Position numbers and translations under genes: made by a program. The notes under the pieces are model-generated. The model was not told the origin of the DNA. It was given only the letters and a program-made list of their open reading frames with translations, and ran no database searches. A stretch of 64,000 nt of DNA. It comes from a virus. Numbering within the stretch: position 1 is the stretch's first letter; every line of letters starts with the position of its first letter. Positions 1-9,389 of this stretch are shown one piece after another. The stretch covers positions 13,742-77,741 of the IMG/VR virus record IMGVR_UViG_3300042541_003876; one strand, written 5' to 3'.

Positions 1-381
1 GGAAGTAGTATTCCTGATAAAGTAGAATATCTACAAGCCAATGGTTGGCAATGCTATAATCATCACGACAACTGGGTTAAATCTACTTGGTCGGACACGG
101 AAAAAGACGGTTCATTATTAGATTTAAACAAAGCATTTGAGCAATGCGTAAAAGAGCAAATTGTTTTACAAGAAGCAATTAAAACACTATGCAATGCGTT
201 GAAAGAAGATAAAGGGTTATATATCGCTTACCAAGCTAATATTGCTATGGCTTTCCAAGATGAGTTTAATATACAGTCAGAAAAGCACGAAATGTTTACA
301 AAGTGGTTAATGTTGGAAGGTGGATTGTACACAATAGCTAATAATGCAAGTCATAATTTCCTAAAACTTTTAATGCCGTAG
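1..381 (+). CDS. hypothetical protein, 5'-truncated by window edge
   Basis: Frame 1 is open from base 1 (GSSIPDKVEYLQANGW...) to TAG at 379-381. The ORF-track start at 199 is an internal TTG. Confidence 0.75.
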   Translation, partial: GSSIPDKVEYLQANGWQCYNHHDNWVKSTWSDTEKDGSLLDLNKAFEQCVKEQIVLQEAIKTLCNALKEDKGLYIAYQANIAMAFQDEFNIQSEKHEMFTKWLMLEGGLYTIANNASHNFLKLLMP

Positions 382-402
382 GGTGGTAGCAGTTGCGCAG
401 AT

Positions 403-427
403 AACTCGTTTATTTGCGCAACTTTAA
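403..427 (-). repeat. 25-bp element, copy 1 (candidate attI-like recombination site)
   Basis: AACTCGTTTATTTGCGCAACTTTAA is 21/25 identical to 1634-1658. It lies within the hairpin AGTTGCGCAGATAA-ctcgt-TTATTTGCGCAACT (391-423). Confidence 0.5.
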
Positions 428-442
428 TAAAAAAATAAAAAT

Positions 443-1113
<671 letters not shown>

Positions 1114-1282
1114 CCGATACTGTTAAATCTTTCATATTTTCAAATTTTGTTGAAAAGTATTTATGTTTCCCTCATAAATAAGGGAAACAATCTGCAACTT
1201 AATGTATATCAATAACTTTAGTGGTCTTAAAACAGGCTGCAAACATATAGAATTAGAAAGTGCTAACGTCTGTTAAGATTGT

Positions 1283-1380
1283 CACTAACTGTTCTAGGCT
1301 TGGCGTTAGTGCTACCTTGCACGAACTTTGAATTTAGCACTAAACTATCTGGTGGCATTACGCCAAACCCGTGTTATAGG
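1283..1380 (-). other. attC-like integron cassette recombination site
   Basis: CACTAAC (1283-1289) and GTTATAGG (1373-1380) bracket an imperfect inverted repeat, AGGCTTGGCGTTAGTGCTACC (1296-1316) / GGTGGCATTACGCCAAACCC (1351-1370), with an unpaired base. Confidence 0.7.
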
Positions 1381-1422
1381 ATAGTTTTATTTTTGTGGGT
1401 TGGCAATAAATAAATTTCAATT

Positions 1423-1623
1423 ATGAGTAAATGGTTAGACAAAGAGGTTAAACAGCTAATGATGTATGTAGAAGCATCAGATGATAAAACAATGGAAGAG
1501 CTTTATGAATATGTTCACCACATGATGTATAAAGAAGGTAATCATCCAGATTTTCCAGTTAGAACATTGTCGGCTGTAACTGCTAAAATTCGTAAATTTT
1601 GTCGGGAGCTTGGAAAAAAATAA
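1423..1623 (+). CDS. 66-aa hypothetical protein (HTH/Myb-like), probable gene-cassette cargo
   Basis: W-x3-E...RT-x2-AV-x2-K pattern. It is flanked by the complementary ends GTTATAGGATAGTTTTAT and ATAAAATTTCCTACAAC. Confidence 0.7.
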   Translation: MSKWLDKEVKQLMMYVEASDDKTMEELYEYVHHMMYKEGNHPDFPVRTLSAVTAKIRKFCRELGKK

Positions 1624-1633
1624 AATTTCCTAC

Positions 1634-1658
1634 AACTCGTGCATTGGCGCGACTTTAA
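1634..1658 (-). repeat. 25-bp element, copy 2 (candidate attI-like recombination site)
   Basis: AACTCGTGCATTGGCGCGACTTTAA. Similarity to copy 1 ends at about the AAC (GTT on the minus strand). Confidence 0.5.
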
Positions 1659-1719
1659 ATGTAATTAACTGATTATAAGCGCATATAAATTGCGTATTTT
1701 AAATATTAAAAAAAATAAA

Positions 1720-2535
1720 ATGGATACACCACAAGAAAAAATAGAAAAGTACAAATCTAAAATAGCAGAGTACGAAGATAAAATAGCAGAACTAAAAAAA
1801 GAAATATTAGAAATATTAGAAAGATTACATAAAGACAATCGTGATATTCTATTTAATGCTAATTCAAAAAACGAATTTTTTGATTTATTTAAATCGAATT
1901 TTATTATTTTTTGCAGGTATAAAATAATAGATGCCGATTTAATTAAAAAGTATGAATATATTTTTAATTCAGAAAAGATATATTTGAATATTGATATTAG
2001 TGATGGTTTTTTATTCGCTTCTGATAATTCAAAAGTAAACACTCATGGAAATTCAGTAGTATTCGCTTCTGAAAATTCAGTAGTAATCTCTTATGATAAT
2101 TCAGAAGTATTCGCTTATCAAAATTCAAAAGTATTCGCTTATCAAAATTCAAAAGTAAACGCTTATGACAATTCAGAAGTAAACGCTTATGACAATTCAG
2201 AAGTAAACGCTTATGATAATTCAAAAGTAAAAGCTCTTGATAATTCAAAAGTATTCGCTTTTGAAAATTCAACAGTAACCGCTTATGATAATTCAGAAGT
2301 AAACGCTTATGATAATTCAGAAGTAAAAGCTTTTGATAATTCAAAAGTAATCTCTTCTGATAATTCAGAAGTAAACGCTACTGGAAATTCAGAAGTATTC
2401 GCTTATCAAAATTCAAAAGTATTCGCTTATCAAAATTCAAAAGTAAACGCTTATGACAATTCAGAAGTAAACGCTTATGATAATTCAAAAGTAATCTCTT
2501 CTGATAATTCAAAAGTAAATGATTTAAGAAAATAA
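1720..2535 (+). CDS. coiled-coil N-terminus plus octapeptide-repeat (beta-solenoid-like) protein
   Basis: About 21 repeats of A-Y-D-N-S-(E/K)-V-x. ATG at 1720 follows an A-rich tract. Confidence 0.85.
   Translation: MDTPQEKIEKYKSKIAEYEDKIAELKKEILEILERLHKDNRDILFNANSKNEFFDLFKSNFIIFCRYKIIDADLIKKYEYIFNSEKIYLNIDISDGFLFASDNSKVNTHGNSVVFASENSVVISYDNSEVFAYQNSKVFAYQNSKVNAYDNSEVNAYDNSEVNAYDNSKVKALDNSKVFAFENSTVTAYDNSEVNAYDNSEVKAFDNSKVISSDNSEVNATGNSEVFAYQNSKVFAYQNSKVNAYDNSEVNAYDNSKVISSDNSKVNDLRK
2011..2520 (+). repeat. 24-bp coding tandem repeat array
   Basis: Unit is roughly GCTTATGATAATTCAGAAGTAAAC. Positions 2098-2192 recur exactly at 2386-2480 (offset 288 = 12 units). Confidence 0.95.
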
Positions 2536-2537
2536 AA

Positions 2538-2657
2538 ATGATTACAAAAAAAACAGAAATTAAATATTGCCGTAATTACGGTGCTTTAACTCAGATTACA
2601 TTTTATTTTTTAGGGTTAAAATTTTGGACTGAAAATCACTTAAAATATGAAAATTAA
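2538..2657 (+). CDS. 39-aa hypothetical protein
   Basis: MITKKTEIKYCRNYG...TENHLKYEN, packed tightly between neighbouring genes. Confidence 0.45.
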   Translation: MITKKTEIKYCRNYGALTQITFYFLGLKFWTENHLKYEN

Positions 2658-2805
2658 AATGGAAATAATAAATATCGGTGGGATTTGGAATGCAATTATA
2701 AACAATTCTATCCCACAAAGATATAGTGAGCTAAGAGATAAAACAAAATGTGATGATAAATTTAAAATCTTTAATAAAATAAATCCTTTTCAAAATGAGA
2801 AATAA
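2647..2805 (+). CDS. 52-aa hypothetical protein
   Basis: MKIKMEIINIGGIW...PFQNEK, overlapping both neighbours by 11 nt. Confidence 0.45.
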   Translation: MKIKMEIINIGGIWNAIINNSIPQRYSELRDKTKCDDKFKIFNKINPFQNEK

Positions 2806-3091
2806 GCAACACATGACATTTATTGCATTAGAAACATTAGTTGGAAAAACCATTAAATGGAGCGCTCCTTCAGCTAAAGAAAACAGACCGTATTCTGGAA
2901 TTGATAAAATAATATCAATCGATTTAAAAGATCGAACACCTTTAAAAACAGAAGTTATTGAAGGTGATGATTTATCATTTGCTTTTGTAGATGATATGAT
3001 GAAAAATGAATTTTTATCTTATTCAGATAGCTGTCGTGTAGTATCTTTTGAAATCATTGAACCAAGTAATAAAGTAAAATTCATGTCGTAA
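2795..3091 (+). CDS. hypothetical protein (possibly the N-terminal part of a disrupted longer gene)
   Basis: 98-aa ORF. Protein-like sequence continues in the same frame past the stop. Confidence 0.65.
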   Translation: MRNKQHMTFIALETLVGKTIKWSAPSAKENRPYSGIDKIISIDLKDRTPLKTEVIEGDDLSFAFVDDMMKNEFLSYSDSCRVVSFEIIEPSNKVKFMS

Positions 3092-3422
3092 GAATGAGAC
3101 GTCCAAAAAACAAAGTATGCAGTTGATGATTCAATTGCATTAAAACTTACCCATCTAGATGATGGACCGATTGCTACAGATACAGTTTAGCTGGAACAGT
3201 TTCCGATTTCAGAACTGCATAAAAAAGACCATTGCTGGATTAAAACATGGTCTGAAAACGAGGGAATCCTTGAAGCTTTAATCGAAGCTAAGATTATAGA
3301 AAAAGTAAACTTTCCAGCTGTTGATGTTAATGATTGGGGGAAGAATGGCCGTTTTAGTAAAACTAATGAATTCACAAATAACCAATACCGAGTTTATAGA
3401 CTTGGTTGATACAATAGATTAA
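3065..3422 (+). pseudogene. disrupted copy of a common phage/plasmid small protein (DUF4313-like)
   Basis: Reads KVKFMS*E*DVQKTKYAVDDSIALKL...GPIATDTV*L...WIKTWSENEGILEALIEAKII. In-frame stops at 3089, 3095 and 3188, and a probable extra G in the run at 3336-3340. Confidence 0.65.
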
Positions 3423-3424
3423 TT

Positions 3425-3877
3425 ATGATAGCACAAGTTAGAATCACTGTAGGAAAAGATTCTTTAGAGAAAAGAGTCACAGAGTTAAATCTTTTAAAAT
3501 TGTATTTTGAAAGAGATAAAAATAATTTACCTTTCTGTATTGAAATTTTAAATGAATTTGAAGCCGAAGATGATATCGGAGAAATCAATTATTTTCTAAA
3601 AAAAAGATTACCTAAAATGAATCAACACCAAATCGAAAACAATTCAGAAGCTCTTCAGAAAATTGAAGATTTGCAATTAAAAAAGAAGTTTATTCTGGAG
3701 TCAATGGAACGCGTTCACCAAATTAAAATGGAGAATGTAAATGCAAAACTTGATGATGGAAATAGTGCTTTTGTAATTATGGAAATTCCAAAGATGCAGC
3801 TTATTGAAAATCTCCGAATGCAGCTTATTGAAATCGAAAAAGAGATTAAAGAATTGCAGGGAAAAATCATCATCTAA
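3425..3877 (+). CDS. hypothetical coiled-coil protein
   Basis: 150-aa ORF on the coding strand, followed by a terminator. Confidence 0.7.
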   Translation: MIAQVRITVGKDSLEKRVTELNLLKLYFERDKNNLPFCIEILNEFEAEDDIGEINYFLKKRLPKMNQHQIENNSEALQKIEDLQLKKKFILESMERVHQIKMENVNAKLDDGNSAFVIMEIPKMQLIENLRMQLIEIEKEIKELQGKIII

Positions 3878-3895
3878 TATTAACCTACGAAGAAC

Positions 3896-3928
3896 AAAAA
3901 CCGGTACAAACACTTGTGCCGGTTTTTT
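3896..3928 (+). terminator. intrinsic terminator
   Basis: AAAAACCGGTACAA-acac-TTGTGCCGGTTTTTT. Confidence 0.8.
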
Positions 3929-3939
3929 ATTTTATTACT

Positions 3940-4227
3940 ATGGCGAAAATGACATTTGCAATTAGTTGCAAGAAAATCGGTTTATCACATTCTACTTCTT
4001 ACTTTACTTTAGAGAAAGATTTTAATAATGAGGATCATTGTAAAAATTGGATTGCTAAGTATGGAGACACCAATTATAGAAAGGTAATAAGTTACGATAG
4101 AGTTTATTCTATTAAAAAAGAACATTCTGTTGAAGAAATGAGATCAGCTTATGAAGCTGCAGAATCAAAAAAGTTTTCGAAATTTGAGGAATGGTATAAA
4201 TTTAATTTTAAAAAAAATCCTGAATGA
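3940..4227 (+). CDS. hypothetical protein
   Basis: ATG at 3940 (the track start at 3916 lies inside the terminator). ATGA overlap with the helicase gene. Confidence 0.7.
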   Translation: MAKMTFAISCKKIGLSHSTSYFTLEKDFNNEDHCKNWIAKYGDTNYRKVISYDRVYSIKKEHSVEEMRSAYEAAESKKFSKFEEWYKFNFKKNPE

Positions 4228-6842
4228 AAAAAACAAAACAAAGCGTTTCAAGTTTAAAGCAGCTTTCATTTGATGATATGTTTGATAGTTTTTATGAAGA
4301 TGAAATAGTTGAGACAATAATTGATGAAGTTATAATTGAAGGTCCAAAACATTTAGACCTTCCTTTTATTTTAATGGATATTGAAAACATACGAGCAACG
4401 GTTCCTCAACTTCTTCCAGAGCAGCATGATAATGTTTTAATGGCTGAGCTAAGATTTTTTCAACAAAAAGGAAAAGGCATGTTGTTTACTGACTCAACTG
4501 GTTCTGGAAAGACTTTTACAGGATTGGGAATCATTAAAAGATTTTTACTTCAAGAAAAAAAGAATGTTCTTATTGTAGTTCCTACAGATAAAAAATGTAA
4601 AGATTGGATTGATGATGGAGAAATTTTAGATATTCATGTTGAGCAACTTAAAGGAATCAGTGATTGTTATCTAGGAGTAAATGTTACTACCTATGCGAAT
4701 TTTTATCAGAATGATAAAATTATTGAACAGCACTGGGATTTAATTGTTTATGATGAATCACATTATCTCCAGCAGAATGGTCAAGGCGATAAAACTATTT
4801 ATCAAAAGGCTCATGCAATTTTAGCAAAGCTTCCATCTACTATCAAAAGTATTTTGAATAGTGAAGAAAATCGAGAAGCTACTTATAAGATGCCTGAAGA
4901 AAAATTGAAACAGATTATTTCTGATTATGTTCAGTCTACAAAAGTTGTAATGCTTTCAGCAACTCCATTTGCCTATGTAAAATCTATAATGTATGCAGAT
5001 GGTTGTTTATGGGATATTAACGAAACAGAAGAACTTTATTCACCAATACCATCAACTACATATAATTCTCCAAGTAAAGAACAAGCTTTCTTTATTGAGA
5101 ATTTTGGATACAGAATGAGGTACAATAAACTGACAATTCCGGATACAGGTGTTGACTTAAATCTTATGGAAAGACAATTCCATGAAAAGTTTAAAGCACT
5201 TGGTGTAATCTCCGGAAGACAGCTTGACATTGATAAGGATTATTCCCGCGACTTTGTGATTTTAGATTCAACTATTGGCGACAAGATTGATAAAGGAAGA
5301 AAGGTTTTTTATACCGAATATTTTAAAAATAATTATAAAATACTTAATGAGTATTGGAATAAAAAATACAAAGGTCTTTATAATCGCCAATTGCTTGAAG
5401 CAATCAAAGTAAGGTTGGTAATGCCAAGAATTATAAAGCATATTCAGAATGGCCGTAAGGTTGTTTTGTTTCATGATTTTAACACAGCAATTCCTACTCA
5501 CCCATTCCGATTTACTTTGGAAGAATTAATGGGTAAAAATCACCATGATGTTAATGTTTGTAGACGTCTTAAACAAGACATCGATAATTTTCATGAAGAA
5601 TACAGAGATCTGTACAATCTGGATTTATCGGAACTTACCAATGCTTTATCTGAATATTCTACTCATTTTGAAAAGAAAATTGCTTTATTTAATGGAACTG
5701 TTTCCAAATTAAAAAGAAGTAAAGTTTTTATAGAATTTATGACTGACTATTCAGAAATAGATTTATTGGTTGTTCAACGTAAAGCAGGTAAAGAAGGTAT
5801 TTCCGCTCATGACATGACTGGAGTACAAGAACGTGTTTTAATCGATTTAGGACTTCCTACTTCACCAACGGATGCTATTCAATGTGAAGGTAGGATTTAT
5901 CGCTATGGTGTACAATCAAATGCCAGATTTGAGTATCCTGTAATTATGACTAACTTTGAAAGAGAGACTTTTGCTCAAACAATTGCAGAGCGTTCTCGAA
6001 CTGCAGAAAATTTAGCCCTTGGAAACTTAGCCAGAAATATGGAAATTGTTTTTAAAGAAGGTTACTCTGGAGCAGATTATATCGATCCTTTGGAAACCAC
6101 CGGAATCGGCGGTAAAAATACTGATAGATTCATTATGGAAATTTCAGAGTTTGAAAGGTCTAAAACTTATTATTGGGCGAATCAAAAGAAAACTGCTAAA
6201 AATAAAGCAGCTGAAGGTAAAGATTACTACGCAACTCCAGAACCTTTAGGTTTTAAGATGGTTGAGTGGCTGAATTTACTTTCGAACCAAAAAGTTTTAG
6301 AACCATCATGTGGTCACGGTGCAATATCTAGATTCTTTCCTGCGTTTACAAATAATGTAATGATAGAACCAAGCTATGATCTTTCGACAAAAGCAATGAT
6401 TAATTCTACAGGTGATGTTTACAACATTACTTTAGAAGATTATTCTATAGTCAATAGTTTTGATAAAATTGCAATGAATCCTCCATTTGGTAGAGGTGGT
6501 GCTTTGGCCGCCGAACATATTAAAAAATGTTTGAGATATCATTTAAGAAGAATATACGATAAAAGTTCAATGCTAATTGCTATTGTTCCGGACAGTCCGA
6601 TTTATGATAAAAAAATAGCAGAAGTAATGGAGATGATAGAAATTCGACGTTACTTTAAACTGACCAGAGAAATTATTCTTCCATTGTGTACTTTTGAAAG
6701 AGCCGGAACAAATGTAAAATGTAAGATTCAGTTCTTTGAAACATTTGATCCTTACAATGAAAAGCCTTTGCATAATATAGATTTGTCTTATGCAAAAGAT
6801 ATAAAAGAATTCTTTTCTTCAATCGAAAATTTAAATTTCTAA
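4224..6842 (+). CDS. SF2 (Strawberry-notch-like) helicase fused to a C-terminal N6-adenine DNA methyltransferase
   Basis: Helicase motifs TGSGKT, DESH, SATP, AGKEGISAHD and QCEGRIYR. MTase motifs YYATP, VLEPSCGHG and MNPPF. Confidence 0.88.
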   Translation: MKKTKQSVSSLKQLSFDDMFDSFYEDEIVETIIDEVIIEGPKHLDLPFILMDIENIRATVPQLLPEQHDNVLMAELRFFQQKGKGMLFTDSTGSGKTFTGLGIIKRFLLQEKKNVLIVVPTDKKCKDWIDDGEILDIHVEQLKGISDCYLGVNVTTYANFYQNDKIIEQHWDLIVYDESHYLQQNGQGDKTIYQKAHAILAKLPSTIKSILNSEENREATYKMPEEKLKQIISDYVQSTKVVMLSATPFAYVKSIMYADGCLWDINETEELYSPIPSTTYNSPSKEQAFFIENFGYRMRYNKLTIPDTGVDLNLMERQFHEKFKALGVISGRQLDIDKDYSRDFVILDSTIGDKIDKGRKVFYTEYFKNNYKILNEYWNKKYKGLYNRQLLEAIKVRLVMPRIIKHIQNGRKVVLFHDFNTAIPTHPFRFTLEELMGKNHHDVNVCRRLKQDIDNFHEEYRDLYNLDLSELTNALSEYSTHFEKKIALFNGTVSKLKRSKVFIEFMTDYSEIDLLVVQRKAGKEGISAHDMTGVQERVLIDLGLPTSPTDAIQCEGRIYRYGVQSNARFEYPVIMTNFERETFAQTIAERSRTAENLALGNLARNMEIVFKEGYSGADYIDPLETTGIGGKNTDRFIMEISEFERSKTYYWANQKKTAKNKAAEGKDYYATPEPLGFKMVEWLNLLSNQKVLEPSCGHGAISRFFPAFTNNVMIEPSYDLSTKAMINSTGDVYNITLEDYSIVNSFDKIAMNPPFGRGGALAAEHIKKCLRYHLRRIYDKSSMLIAIVPDSPIYDKKIAEVMEMIEIRRYFKLTREIILPLCTFERAGTNVKCKIQFFETFDPYNEKPLHNIDLSYAKDIKEFFSSIENLNF

Positions 6843-6844
6843 AT

Positions 6845-7093
6845 ATGACAAAAGTTTTAAGTAAAAACTATACTGTAGATTTTAAACAGTATGGTAAAAT
6901 CACAGTTCCTAAAGGAACAAGGACAACTCATCAAACTGCAATGGGTATTGATAGAAGCTACAATTTTGTAGATGAATATGATTGGATTGATAAAGATTAT
7001 CCGGCTTATTCAAACATCTTAAAAATAGATGTAGAGTATTACGGAATTAATGTTCCCGAGGAATATCTTGAAGAAATTAACAAAAAAGTATAA
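6845..7093 (+). CDS. hypothetical protein
   Basis: 82-aa ORF packed tightly in the operon. Confidence 0.75.
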   Translation: MTKVLSKNYTVDFKQYGKITVPKGTRTTHQTAMGIDRSYNFVDEYDWIDKDYPAYSNILKIDVEYYGINVPEEYLEEINKKV

Positions 7094-7103
7094 CCATTAA
7101 ATT

Positions 7104-8588
7104 ATGGTCAATTATGACATACATGCACGAGACTTAATTGAACAGCAGATTCTTTCTTCCATCATCAATCTTTCAGCGTACAATACTATTGAAAAGGTTA
7201 AAAATTTATTTATAAATATTCATGGCCTTGACAATCCTGAATACTTTGGTTCTTCAATGAACAAAAGTGTTTTTATTGCAATTTTAAGATGTTGGGAAAA
7301 TGAAGTTCAAGCAGATATAAGTATGGTTTGTACTTTCAAACCAAGAGATGTTATTGCAGGAAATAATCACTTACATTTTGAAGGTAAAAAAAAGAATGAT
7401 GACGGTTCAAATAGCCTTTATGATTTAGATAATGATTGTAAGTATTTTGATAATTACATTATCGATATTTCAATGAAATGGTTAAGTGAAACAAATCTTG
7501 AAAAAACAATTTTTATTCACAAGCAATTTATATTGATTGATTATTGGAATAATAAAGCTAAAGATATTCTGTATAACGAATGGGAGCAACGTGATATTCT
7601 TGTTGTTACCAAAAATATTATAGATGGTCACAATCTTTTATTTGATAAAATCACCAAGACTTTTCAAAAGAACACCGAAGTTTTAACTCCAAAAGAAAGA
7701 ATGAGATTAGAGCGCCAGCGTGTAAAAAATGGAGAAGTTATTTGGGTTCCTTCCGGAATACCACCGGTTGATATTAAATGGAAAGGCTATTGGAATGGAG
7801 AGGTTACTATCATTGCAGGAAGACCTTCAATGGGTAAAACAGCATTAATGATTGCTTCAGCAGTTCATTCAGCTTTTAACTTTAATAAAAAAGTAGCTTT
7901 CTTTTCCTTGGAAATGGATAAGACAAGATTAATGAATCATATTATTTCTGCAAAAACAGGGATCAGTTATAAGGCAATGAAAGAACATTCTACAACTGAT
8001 CAGGAATTTGAAGTAATAGAGCAATGGTACGACTGGTTTGAAATAGAATCAAATTTGAAAATTTATGACATTCACGAGTGCCAGACTTTAGATGAAATTT
8101 TATATTTTATTCCAGGAAACGAAATTGTATTTATTGATTATCTTCAACTTGTGAAACTTGTAAAAACTACCAAGAAAAAGGATTTTGTCCGGGAACAAGA
8201 TGTTGCCGAAATATCCCGAAGTTTTAAACTTGCTGCTTTACAACATCAAATACCTTTGGTTATTGGTGCTCAGTTAAACAGAGATGTTGACAAAAGACCA
8301 GGACATATTCCGGTTCTTGGTGATTTGCGGGAATCAGGTAGTATCGAACAAGATGCAGACAATGTTTACTTTCCGGTAAGACCATCATATTATGATGAGA
8401 TTGCAAATCCAGATGCGGTTATTCCGTATTGGCAAAAAGGAAACTTTACAATGCGTGGTGCAAAAGGTAGAGATACAGGAACTGATAATCTAAAATTCCA
8501 CATGGATATGTTAACTTATAAATTTACAGACGGCCATTTACACACAGCGCCAGAACCCGAATTCAATGTCGGTAATATGAAAATCTAA
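7104..8588 (+). CDS. dnaB: replicative DNA helicase, DnaB family
   Basis: Motifs AGRPSMGKT, FSLEM, IDYLQL, AQLNR and LRESGSIEQDAD. Confidence 0.95.
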   Translation: MVNYDIHARDLIEQQILSSIINLSAYNTIEKVKNLFINIHGLDNPEYFGSSMNKSVFIAILRCWENEVQADISMVCTFKPRDVIAGNNHLHFEGKKKNDDGSNSLYDLDNDCKYFDNYIIDISMKWLSETNLEKTIFIHKQFILIDYWNNKAKDILYNEWEQRDILVVTKNIIDGHNLLFDKITKTFQKNTEVLTPKERMRLERQRVKNGEVIWVPSGIPPVDIKWKGYWNGEVTIIAGRPSMGKTALMIASAVHSAFNFNKKVAFFSLEMDKTRLMNHIISAKTGISYKAMKEHSTTDQEFEVIEQWYDWFEIESNLKIYDIHECQTLDEILYFIPGNEIVFIDYLQLVKLVKTTKKKDFVREQDVAEISRSFKLAALQHQIPLVIGAQLNRDVDKRPGHIPVLGDLRESGSIEQDADNVYFPVRPSYYDEIANPDAVIPYWQKGNFTMRGAKGRDTGTDNLKFHMDMLTYKFTDGHLHTAPEPEFNVGNMKI

Positions 8589-8606
8589 AAAAAACAATTT
8601 AAGAAT

Positions 8607-8684
8607 AAAAATACTTGAAGTTATTTCATATATGATGGAAAATGTTTATTTTCGCCTTATACAAAATAGTATTCAAGTATTTTT
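8607..8684 (+). promoter_or_regulatory. candidate promoter (TTGAAGTTATTTCA box plus TATTTTCG) inside a 13-bp inverted repeat
   Basis: Box at 8615-8628, 18-nt gap, TATTTTCG at 8647-8654. Inverted repeat AAAAATACTTGAA (8607-8619) / TTCAAGTATTTTT (8672-8684). Confidence 0.55.
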
Positions 8685-8686
8685 TT

Positions 8687-8962
8687 ATGAAAAGAAAACC
8701 AGATTTAGTTAAAGACGTACATCGTGATTTGAAGAGTGAAGGATTAGTAACTCATGCAGATCAAACAAAAAAGATTGTTGATATTGTAATCAACAATATT
8801 CGAAATTATATTGTTCAAGGAATTACTCTCGAATTAGTCAATTTTGGTAAGTTCTATACCAAATTTGTAAAAAGAAGTAATTTCGGAAAAGAACAAACGA
8901 AAAGATGGGAAGCTTTATTTTCAGCTTCGCCATTATTAAAATCAGATTTAAATGAAGATTGA
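8687..8962 (+). CDS. HU/IHF-family DNA-binding protein
   Basis: About 91 aa and basic, with helix-helix then G-x2-LELVNFGKF and a terminal FSASPLLK strand-helix. Confidence 0.75.
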   Translation: MKRKPDLVKDVHRDLKSEGLVTHADQTKKIVDIVINNIRNYIVQGITLELVNFGKFYTKFVKRSNFGKEQTKRWEALFSASPLLKSDLNED

Positions 8963-9389
8963 GCACGATTTGAATATCTCGCATTCACCTCGATTTCTAC
9001 CGAAAATAGATAATTTCTTCTATTACAAAAAACTTAAATATTCTAAAGAAGATAAAGAATTGATTTTTCAAAAAGAAGTCATTGAGAATGTAGATTTTCA
9101 AAGACACATTTCAGAAACAGCATTAAAGCTGAATATTCCTGAATATATTGTGCACACTGTTGTAACTCATTATTTTTTTACTAACCTTTTAAAACTTAAA
9201 TATCTAAAGCAAAGAATAAGAATCGTTATTTATCAATTTTTTTATATCGAGCAAATTAACCCTCTCGAAAATGAATATTCAAATTACTATAAACATAAAC
9301 TTAAAAATTTAAAAAATGTCAAATACAAACGTCAACTACGTCGCGCCAATGGGAGCAATGACAACACCAATGATTGCTCCGGAGAGTAG
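8952..9389 (+). CDS. hypothetical protein, possibly a degenerate HU/IHF-like fold
   Basis: ISETALKLNIPEYIVHTVV...RIRIVIYQF resembles the HU helix1-helix2-strand pattern. Confidence 0.55.
   Translation: MKIEHDLNISHSPRFLPKIDNFFYYKKLKYSKEDKELIFQKEVIENVDFQRHISETALKLNIPEYIVHTVVTHYFFTNLLKLKYLKQRIRIVIYQFFYIEQINPLENEYSNYYKHKLKNLKNVKYKRQLRRANGSNDNTNDCSGE

Noticed and set aside
1164-1189. Hairpin TGTTTCCCT-N8-AGGGAAACA as a terminator or second attC
   Set aside because: It has no U-tract and no AAC/GTT boxes, so no function can be supported.
1997-2344. Minus-strand repetitive ORF (LLLNYHKR)n
   Set aside because: It is the antisense shadow of the plus-strand coding repeat.
2011-2520. CRISPR array
   Set aside because: The 24-bp units are contiguous, have no unique spacers and stay in frame in a protein.
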